This document shows, piece by piece, positions 57,615 through 64,000 of a DNA stretch of 64,000 bases (position 1 is its first letter; each line of letters begins with the position of its first letter). Position numbers and translations under genes: made by a program. Source of the stretch: a virus (Duplodnaviria > Caudoviricetes); IMG/VR virus record IMGVR_UViG_3300046383_000032, positions 161 through 64,160 of that record; one strand, written 5' to 3'. The notes beneath the pieces are model-generated. The model did not search any database and was not told the origin of the DNA. It saw only the letters and a list, made by a program, of their open reading frames with translations.

Positions 57615-58163
57615 TCAGGCGTTCGCCGTGTCCATCCAGTAGCGCATCTCCTCGCCGTCCATGTTGGCGTCCTCGACGTAGCTCGCGACCTCGGTGTCGT
57701 AGGTCGCCGCCTCTCCCAATTGCTTCCACATGCCGATGGTTGTCGCGGCACCGTAGCCGACGCCGGTCCCCCATCCATTGCAGTTCTGGTTGCTGAACAG
57801 CACCGGCATCATTCCGGCGCTGATGCGGACGCAAGAATAGCCGTAGGCTGCAGCCACTCCCATGTTGGTGATCCGCCCGCTGGCGCAGTCAAGATCGTCC
57901 ACGCTGAACCGTACATTGCAGCGCAGTGGCGTATACATGTCAGGGACGTGGTTGTTGACCACGTCGAGTGGAGACGGTCCAGCGCCGCCGCCGAAGCTGC
58001 CGCCGAAGCCAAAGGAACCCCCCAGAAACAGGAACGCCGACCGCGTCTTGGCCTTCTTCGACTTGACGTCGGCGAAGAATATCCCGCCGCCGACGCCCTC
58101 GGCCCCGCCCATTTGACATATAATTGCTATTTCCCAGTCGTTCGCCGCAGTATGCTGTGCCAT
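57615..58163 (-). CDS. Gly-rich hypothetical protein
   Basis: AGGAG RBS; atypical codon usage. Confidence 0.7.
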   Translation of the reverse strand: MAQHTAANDWEIAIICQMGGAEGVGGGIFFADVKSKKAKTRSAFLFLGGSFGFGGSFGGGAGPSPLDVVNNHVPDMYTPLRCNVRFSVDDLDCASGRITNMGVAAAYGYSCVRISAGMMPVLFSNQNCNGWGTGVGYGAATTIGMWKQLGEAATYDTEVASYVEDANMDGEEMRYWMDTANA

Positions 58164-58164
58164 C

Positions 58165-58368
58165 CTAGTCTCCTATGCTCTGCGCTGACTTGAGTATCGC
58201 CGCCGCGAGTTCCAACGCCGTCGCCTTCGTCATGCCGATCCACGACACGTCCTTGCCGAACGCGATCACGACGGTGCGGTCCGTCGTGACGACCTGAAGC
58301 TTGAGCCCGCCCTCATCGCCCTCGTTGAGCTTGCCGCGCGGAAAGTCGCCGGTCGGACCGAGCGCCAT
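58165..58368 (-). CDS. small conserved-looking phage protein
   Basis: GGAGG RBS; GPTGDFPRGKLNEGDEG. Confidence 0.75.
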   Translation of the reverse strand: MALGPTGDFPRGKLNEGDEGGLKLQVVTTDRTVVIAFGKDVSWIGMTKATALELAAAILKSAQSIGD

Positions 58369-58369
58369 C

Positions 58370-58519
58370 CTAGTCCTCCAGTGAAATCTGCCGCTGCAGC
58401 TGGTCGATGTCGTGCATCATCTGGTTGAGCTTGCGGTCGATGCGCTCGAGGTACTCCACGAGGACGCGCAGGCGATCCTCGAGGCGCTGCGACAGCGCCC
58501 GGAGGTCGCTGTCGGTCAC
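58370..58519 (-). CDS. 49-aa coiled-coil protein
   Basis: GTG start overlapping the previous stop; heptad pattern. Confidence 0.6.
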   Translation of the reverse strand: MTDSDLRALSQRLEDRLRVLVEYLERIDRKLNQMMHDIDQLQRQISLED

Positions 58520-58764
58520 GGCAGCCCCTTGGTCGCCGCCAGCACGCACCACATCGACGCGGTCTGCAGCTGAGTAATGGCAACCGCCGCCTCGCGGCCG
58601 GCCGTGCCGCCATCGCGGTCGCGGATCGCCTCCATGATGGTGATGAGCTGAGCGGTGTAGTTCTTGATCAGCGCCACGTTCGCGCTGCCGGACGGATTGA
58701 ACTTCACGCGCACCGCGTCGGCTGCGCTCTCGCTGATCGCCACGGTGGCGGTCTTGTCGGTCAT
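58516..58764 (-). CDS. Acb2/Tad1-like helical-hairpin protein (candidate signal sponge)
   Basis: FNPSG...IK...LI...REAAVAITQLQTASMWCVLAAT resembles the RExSLAxTxLExAxMWAxKA hairpin of this family as I recall it. Confidence 0.55.
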   Translation of the reverse strand: MTDKTATVAISESAADAVRVKFNPSGSANVALIKNYTAQLITIMEAIRDRDGGTAGREAAVAITQLQTASMWCVLAATKGLP

Positions 58765-59066
58765 GATGCTTCTCCTGTCGGCTGGGCCTCGGTCCTAGGC
58801 TCGACCACCTGCAGGTGGACCGGCCCGGACGGGTGCTTGGCCTCGTACCACGCCCGCATCGCCTTGGCGCACTCGAGCGCCTCCTTGGCCTGCTCGGCGT
58901 CGCTCGCGGGCTTGAAGCCGCGCGCGATGTCGGCGCTGCGCGTGAGCGACCACATGTGGACGAGGTTCCACGCGCTGTAGTCGTTGGCGCGCAGCACGAA
59001 GTAGGGCTCGTCGGGCTCGATCTTGGCGAGGCAGTCGAACTCGCCCGGCTGGTTCTTGGTGCTCAT
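58761..59066 (-). CDS. conserved small phage protein (DEPxFxLRA family)
   Basis: GEFDCLAKIEPDEPYFVLRAND...W...AKEALECAKAMRAW. Confidence 0.75.
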   Translation of the reverse strand: MSTKNQPGEFDCLAKIEPDEPYFVLRANDYSAWNLVHMWSLTRSADIARGFKPASDAEQAKEALECAKAMRAWYEAKHPSGPVHLQVVEPRTEAQPTGEAS

Positions 59067-59067
59067 T

Positions 59068-59205
59068 TCACTTCTCCTTGCTGACAGGCCACGGCTTGCC
59101 GCCGCGCACGTAGTCGCCGACGACGATGACGACGCCCCACGCCAGCGCCGTCAAGATAAACGCCAGCACGATGGTCATGACGAGCCCCAGCCAGTCAGCC
59201 TTCAT
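59068..59205 (-). CDS. 45-aa single-TM protein
   Basis: GGAGG RBS; LGLVMTIVLAFILTALAWGVVIVV. Confidence 0.6.
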   Translation of the reverse strand: MKADWLGLVMTIVLAFILTALAWGVVIVVGDYVRGGKPWPVSKEK

Positions 59206-59707
59206 CCTTGGCCTCCTCCCCGGCGTAGCGCTGCTCGGCGGCGCTATCGTAGGGCGGCGGCACGGTCGCGCCAAGGCGCTCGAGCTTCTTCCTGAGTTCG
59301 CGATTGTCCTTGGCGAGCCAGTGCAGCTCCCTGACCAGCACGCCGATGTAGCGCGAGGCCAGCGTCAGCCGCCCTATCGCCCCCGCCCGAAACGGCGTCA
59401 TCGGCGAGGCGCGGTCGCGCGGCTGGACCTGCAGGACCTGCGCGAACTGGCGGAGCCACTCGACGTGGTTCATCTTGCGCAGCACCTTCTCGTCGACGTC
59501 GGGCACGCCGACCGCCTCCACCGCCGCCAAGCCGTCGCTCTCCCCGCTGCCCCCACTACTGGCCATGATCGACCCAACCTCCGCAACGATGCCTTCGAAT
59601 GTCGCCTTGCCGCCGCGTCCCCGGTTGATCGAGGCGACGAACACCCGCAGCACATCACTTTCTGCTCTTCTCGTTCGCGCCTGTCTCGCCGCCTCGCGCC
59701 CGCTCAC
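59195..59707 (-). CDS. hypothetical protein
   Basis: 170-aa ORF with a C-terminal coiled coil; start uncertain. Confidence 0.6.
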   Translation of the reverse strand: MSGREAARQARTRRAESDVLRVFVASINRGRGGKATFEGIVAEVGSIMASSGGSGESDGLAAVEAVGVPDVDEKVLRKMNHVEWLRQFAQVLQVQPRDRASPMTPFRAGAIGRLTLASRYIGVLVRELHWLAKDNRELRKKLERLGATVPPPYDSAAEQRYAGEEAKDEG

Positions 59708-59717
59708 TCGTTATCGC

Positions 59718-60008
59718 TTACTCGGCGTGGTGCTCGCCCGGCGCGGTCGGATCGAGCATCTCCCAGTCGCCGCCCAGCATCTCGTCGTTGTTGGCGACCC
59801 ACGGGGCCGAGAACTCGCCGCGCACGATGGCGACGTAGGCCTGCATGGCGGCCCCGCCGCCCATCTTGTGCGGCAGGTTGGAGACCTCCTTGGGGACGTA
59901 GACGAGGTGCTGGTCCTTGGGCCAGCCCTTGCGCGTCATGCGGTGCCCGGCGCGCAGGTGGCCGATCAGCCAGCCGATGGAGCCGTAGTGCTGGGTGTTC
60001 GCTTCCAT
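59718..60008 (-). CDS. DUF2829/Tad2-like protein (candidate Thoeris anti-defence sponge)
   Basis: GGAGG RBS; LRAGHRMTRKGW...QAY...PWVANNDEMLGGDW follows the DUF2829 pattern K.G..V.R.GW...Q.Y...PW..SQ.D.LA.DW. Confidence 0.7.
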   Translation of the reverse strand: MEANTQHYGSIGWLIGHLRAGHRMTRKGWPKDQHLVYVPKEVSNLPHKMGGGAAMQAYVAIVRGEFSAPWVANNDEMLGGDWEMLDPTAPGEHHAE

Positions 60009-60100
60009 TGAATTCCTCCGGTAAAAAATGTCGACGTTGTCGAGCAGCTTGCCCAGCACCAGCCGCCGGTAACGCAGCTGGTGCTTGGTCGGATGCGGCC

Positions 60101-60640
60101 TCACGCGGCCCTCGCCCTTTCTGCTTCGCGCTTCTTGCGCTCGCGCTGCTGGGTCCTGTGCCAGCGCGGCGCAGGCTCCTCGATGCCGAGCGCCTGCTCG
60201 ATGCTCCAGCCGCGCTCGAGCCGCCGGTAGGCCGTCACGTACTTGACGTCGGAGTGGTCCTTGACGGCGTCGGCAAGGGTCATCTTCCTACCTTTGAAGG
60301 TAACGATGGGGCTCGAGGCGCGATTGCCGGAAACAATCCGGTAGCCCTTGGCGAGAAAGAAGCGCTGCGAGGCGGCAACGGCGGCGAACGACTGGTGGAC
60401 GTCGACCTCGCCGGTCTTCATCACCTTGAAGACGTACTCGTCCGACGGATGCTTGGGCAGCTCCCGGATCGGCCAGTAGCTGGTGTCGTCCTCGTCCTGA
60501 CTGAGCAGCATGTGGCTCATCGAGTGGCTGCGCTTCTGCAGGTTCTGGGTGTAGCTGACGTAGGCGAAGCGACGCCTGCGGTTGATCAGCGCGAACACCC
60601 CGGCCTGCAGGGGGATGACGGAAGGCTCGCGGTACATCAT
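60101..60640 (-). CDS. GIY-YIG-like nuclease fused to a homing-endonuclease-type DNA-binding tail
   Basis: GVFALIN...YVSYTQNLQKR; VTFKGRKMTLADA...YRRLERGWSIEQALG. Confidence 0.65.
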   Translation of the reverse strand: MMYREPSVIPLQAGVFALINRRRRFAYVSYTQNLQKRSHSMSHMLLSQDEDDTSYWPIRELPKHPSDEYVFKVMKTGEVDVHQSFAAVAASQRFFLAKGYRIVSGNRASSPIVTFKGRKMTLADAVKDHSDVKYVTAYRRLERGWSIEQALGIEEPAPRWHRTQQRERKKREAERARAA

Positions 60641-60912
60641 CGAAGGTACTCCTTGGCTTCCTCGAGAACACGCTTCTGGCGGTCGCTCAGAGTGATCTGA
60701 CCGGCGTTGTGGCTGGCGCAGATGACGATCATCAGCGCGCGCGCGAGCTGCTTCATCTCGTCGAGCCTGCGCGACAGGCTGCCGGTCCACCAGCCGAGGG
60801 CGGCAACGACAGCATAGGGCAGCAGGTCGGCAGCGATTGTCAGATAATCCGGGGAAGTCTCGACCACCAGCGCTCTCGAGTTTTGGTTGGGAACATAGGC
60901 ACTATCTAACAA
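60637..60912 (-). CDS. hypothetical single-TM protein
   Basis: LLPYAVVAALGWW; start uncertain. Confidence 0.5.
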   Translation of the reverse strand: MLDSAYVPNQNSRALVVETSPDYLTIAADLLPYAVVAALGWWTGSLSRRLDEMKQLARALMIVICASHNAGQITLSDRQKRVLEEAKEYLR

Positions 60913-61286
60913 CTTAGGTGGGTAGTGTCAAGTAGGGATAATGCAACTTCTTATCGTGCGGATTTTTTCGGGTTCGAGGATTTTTGGGTGTGTCAAGTAC
61001 GTGTTCTTATGTGTCAAGTAGGAACTATCTCCAATACTCGAAATTTATTGTTCGCTGGGAAAAGGCCCGGCGACGGGAGGGGGGGCCCCGGCCATGTCGG
61101 GGTGGGGGCTGGCCACCAGCGCTAGCGTCGAGCCATCGAGCCCCTGCCGCCGCCGCTGCCCGCGAGTGCGCCGCTCCGTTCATCGCAACGCGCGGACCGC
61201 GCCCCCCTTAGATGTAGGACCGCTCGAAACCCGACGGCCACAGGTACTGCGCGGTGCAGTACCTTCGAAGGTAAAGGAACCACATC

Positions 61287-62021
61287 ATGGCTAAGCAATC
61301 GAAGACCGCTCGCAAGTCTCGCAAGGACGGCGGGCCACTTGACTTCACGACGCCATTTCTCGCCGAGGCACTCGGCGTCGGCGTCGGTCTCGCCGCCAAG
61401 AACGCTGGCGGCGCGTGGGCGCGCTACGGCGCGTGCATCAACGCCATCCGCTCCGGCGAGATGCTGCTTGATGACACTGCCGCATTCATCATGGCGGAGC
61501 AGCGCGCCTTGAACGAGTGGCGCGTTGCGAATGACCTGCCCGCACAACCCGTCGTCGAGCCGGGCAAGAACACGGTGAGCGACACGAAGACCGTGTTCAA
61601 ACTTCACATGCACAAGTGCTTCCCGACGTTGTGGAAGTTGCTTGAGCCGATGAAGCCGAGCGCTTCATCGCTGCAGGTGATCGCTCGCAACGTGCGCAAC
61701 ACGGTCGAGAAGAGCGAGACCGCGCCGCCGTCACTCGAGAAGATCAAGTCGTGGGTGATCAGCGGCAAGCTCGCAAAGAAGCCGGGCCGCACGGTTCGCG
61801 GCAAGTCGGCGAAGCGCAAGGGCGGCGGCAAGCTCGCCTGTCCCGTCGGTCGCCTGAAGGCGTTGCGTGATGCGGTGACTGACTATCGCACCACGTTCAA
61901 GCTCGCGAACGACCGCTCGATCAGCGCCATGCTTGGCGCGTGCGACAGCTTGAAGGTCGTCGCGGCCAAGATCATCGCCGACCGCAAGGCGGCGGCGGCG
62001 AAGGCGAAGGCGGCGGAGTAA
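61287..62021 (+). CDS. basic hypothetical early protein
   Basis: AAGGA RBS; preceded by motifs B and A; followed by a terminator. Confidence 0.8.
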   Translation: MAKQSKTARKSRKDGGPLDFTTPFLAEALGVGVGLAAKNAGGAWARYGACINAIRSGEMLLDDTAAFIMAEQRALNEWRVANDLPAQPVVEPGKNTVSDTKTVFKLHMHKCFPTLWKLLEPMKPSASSLQVIARNVRNTVEKSETAPPSLEKIKSWVISGKLAKKPGRTVRGKSAKRKGGGKLACPVGRLKALRDAVTDYRTTFKLANDRSISAMLGACDSLKVVAAKIIADRKAAAAKAKAAE

Positions 62022-62028
62022 TCAAACG

Positions 62029-62058
62029 GGGCGAGCCTTCGGGCTCGCCTCTTTTTTT
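62029..62058 (+). terminator. Rho-independent terminator
   Basis: GGCGAGCC-TTCG-GGCTCGCC followed by TCTTTTTTT. Confidence 0.9.
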
Positions 62059-62655
62059 GTGCGTGCTCGTACCTTGGAAGATAATTCGCGGGCTTACCGC
62101 CCTGCGCAGTACTGCGCGGCGCAGTACCTAGGCTCGGCCCCCATCGGGGGGCGATGTGTTATGCGTGCTATCACGCATAACACATCGAGTATTAGTTTGT
62201 CAACCCGCAGAGGGGTGATAAACACTCAGAAAGACCATGGGCGGGCGCGTTTGGGGGGACTGCACGAGCATATCTGTCACAGAATTGGCGAGGCTCCCGC
62301 AGTTAGCTCGGCTCGTAAGTGCTTGATCCGATTAATCGTTCGGTTCAGTCGTTCTGTTCGGTTTCGGAACTCGCGCACTTAGTTTTGGAAGCTAAGTCAT
62401 TGATATGATTAACTGCGCAGGTACCCCCCCCCTTATAATAACTGACTATTCAGACAGAGTATATTATATAGGGGGTAGGTCTGCACTAACACATATACCC
62501 CCTCCCCCCATTGACTATGACCTACGCTCCTGTACAGTCCTCTAGTTCCAGAATTCCGACACATACTTAATTTCGCAAATCAGTAAGTCGGATCATACAC
62601 TTAAACTGTTGCACAATCTCGGGCACTTCAGTCCCGACACTAACGGAGACCTACG

Positions 62656-63090
62656 ATGGATGCGAACAACAAGACCTACGCGGCCTACATGGCCCTGCCG
62701 ACCGACGCCCGCGAGGCGCTTGCCGAGCAGTTCACCCAGTTCACGGCGGGCATAGTGCCGGAGCATGTCTTCGCCATGCTGATCGACGAAGTGATGAACC
62801 CCTCCTCTTCCTTGCGGCTTTCGCTGGGGCTGGGGCCCATACTCACTGCCGCCGAGCGCGAGGCGAAGCGGGCCGAGCGTGCCGCCGAGCGCGCCGAGCA
62901 GAAGAAGCAGGCGAAGCTGGCCGAGCGCGAGGCGAAGCGTGCCGAGCGCGAGCGGCGGGTCGAGCAGGCCAAGCAGGCGAAGAGGGACAGGCACGCCGAG
63001 AGGCAGGCCATGTGGCGTCGGCATAAGGCCGAGCGTGCCGACCTCGAGGACCGGCAGGCCCGCGAGCGCGCCGAGTTCGAAGCGCAGTAA
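62656..63090 (+). CDS. charged coiled-coil protein
   Basis: GGAG RBS; AEREAKRAER repeats. Confidence 0.75.
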   Translation: MDANNKTYAAYMALPTDAREALAEQFTQFTAGIVPEHVFAMLIDEVMNPSSSLRLSLGLGPILTAAEREAKRAERAAERAEQKKQAKLAEREAKRAERERRVEQAKQAKRDRHAERQAMWRRHKAERADLEDRQARERAEFEAQ

Positions 63091-63104
63091 GAACCAAGTT
63101 TCAA

Positions 63105-63133
63105 TTGACAAGACTTACCTTCGACGGTAACGT
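63105..63133 (+). promoter_or_regulatory. sigma70-like promoter overlapped by motif A
   Basis: TTGACA-17 nt-TAACGT, with TTACCTTCGACGGTAA at 63115-63130. Confidence 0.6.
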
Positions 63134-63232
63134 CGGAGGTACTGCACCGTGCAGTACCAGCCCCGCTGCGCGGTTCAACACTCAGGGGCGAACACAGGTG
63201 CCGGGGGACCGGCCAAACAGGAGAAAGCCATC

Positions 63233-64000
63233 ATGGCTGTTCAAGTTGTGCAGACTACCAACATCGCTACCTCTACCTCGACGCCCAAGAGCAACCGCCA
63301 GCCCGTGCTGGATGCGTGGCTCGACGAGTGCCGCAAGCTCGGCGAGGCTGCCGGTGCCGGGGCCATGTCGAAGATCGGCTGGTTCGAGGGCATCGTCAGC
63401 CGCTCCTACCGGGGCGACTTGGTCGATGGCGACGGCGAGGTTGGCTACAAGGCCTACATCGACGCCAAGAAGAAGAAGGCCAGCATGCTGGTGCGGCGCT
63501 ACCAAGCCAAGAGCAAGGACCCGAAGAAGACGGAGGCTGCCGTCCGCATCTCCGAGGCCAACACCATGATCAGGCTCGGCGGGCTCGAGCAGATCAAGAC
63601 CGTCGACAACGGCGGGCTCGGCGTCTTCAACAAGACGCTGAAGTTCATCAAGGACCACGTCGACATCCGGGGCGAGGTCGACGACATGCTGCTCAAGGTG
63701 GCGCGCGAGCAGATCAAGCCCGCGCACTGCCATGTGCCGCTCACCATGGAGGACATCGAGCGGCTGCTCGCTCCCAACCTCGAGACCAAGGTCAAGACCG
63801 AGGGCGAGCTGCTCGAGATCGTCGCCAAGCAGCTGAAGGCCATCGCCGAGAAGGAGACCGAGGACCGTGCCGCCTACGGCTGGGACCCGCACAAGCGGGC
63901 TGCCGCTGCCGCCATCGAGCAGCGCATGGCCCAGCTCAACCACGTCACGGCGGAGGCGCGCAAGGCCGAGGAGAAGGCCAAGCGCGCGGTTGCCAAGGCA
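63233..64000 (+). CDS. hypothetical early protein, truncated by the window end
   Basis: AGGAG RBS; open for 256 codons (MAVQVVQTT...) with strong GC3 bias; absent from the track because there is no stop. Confidence 0.8.
   Translation, partial: MAVQVVQTTNIATSTSTPKSNRQPVLDAWLDECRKLGEAAGAGAMSKIGWFEGIVSRSYRGDLVDGDGEVGYKAYIDAKKKKASMLVRRYQAKSKDPKKTEAAVRISEANTMIRLGGLEQIKTVDNGGLGVFNKTLKFIKDHVDIRGEVDDMLLKVAREQIKPAHCHVPLTMEDIERLLAPNLETKVKTEGELLEIVAKQLKAIAEKETEDRAAYGWDPHKRAAAAAIEQRMAQLNHVTAEARKAEEKAKRAVAKA

Larger units (their letters stand above)
44..63130. repeat. motif A: dispersed 16-bp palindrome TTACC-TTYGAM-GGTAA, about 29 copies
   Basis: starts: 44, 1150, 3125, 4344, 4830, 5312, 6525, 7849, 8326, 10490, 12306, 13428, 13999, 18046, 19744, 20846, 21920, 24222, 25170, 31346, 33128, 37531, 41282, 48271, 54349, 56593, 60288, 61259, 63115. 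Confidence 0.95.
1171..63157. repeat. motif B: GTACTGC-N5-GCAGTAC, 7 intergenic copies
   Basis: starts: 1171, 3161, 6506, 8311 (reversed), 61244, 62109, 63139. Confidence 0.95.

Noticed and set aside
44-63130. Motif A or B as CRISPR repeats
   Set aside because: Copies are kilobases apart, many lie inside genes, there are no regular spacers and there is no cas operon
44-63130. Motif A as a known host box (NarL 7-2-7, CtrA, LexA, parS, FixK)
   Set aside because: Half-sites or spacing do not match those consensus sequences as I know them; a formal comparison is still needed
1-64000. Temperate lifestyle module (integrase, CI repressor, ParA/ParB)
   Set aside because: No recombinase, XRE-S24 or ParA motifs were recognised; a few genes may lie outside the window

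Overview
The window looks like a nearly complete, circularly permuted, high-GC tailed-phage genome of podovirus type. A soil or aquatic proteobacterial host is my inference only. Layout: (1) 1-22.6 kb, + strand: small early ORFs, a MoxR-type AAA ATPase with a vWA/metallopeptidase partner, a family-A DNA polymerase, two secreted low-complexity proteins, an M15 endolysin, a PD-(D/E)XK nuclease, VRR-NUC, an SNF2 helicase, an SSB/annealing-like protein and a primase-DUF927 helicase. (2) 22.6-53.8 kb, - strand: portal, scaffold, P22-like coat, tail fibres, adaptors, tail tube, GNAT, three ejection proteins (one of 3043 aa) and a string of tiny basic proteins. (3) 53.9-55.8 kb, + strand: terminase. 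(4) 55.8-60.9 kb, - strand: small accessory genes, including Tad2-like and Acb2/Tad1-like candidates. (5) 60.9-64 kb: an AT-rich control region and early genes. I found no integrase, repressor, tRNA, CRISPR array or reverse transcriptase. The strongest unexplained signal is a 16-bp palindrome, TTACC-TTYGAM-GGTAA, in about 29 copies across the whole genome; about 17 are written into coding sequences. A second palindrome, GTACTGC-N5-GCAGTAC (7 copies), accompanies it only in early intergenic regions. All family assignments come from motif recognition by eye, not from database searches.
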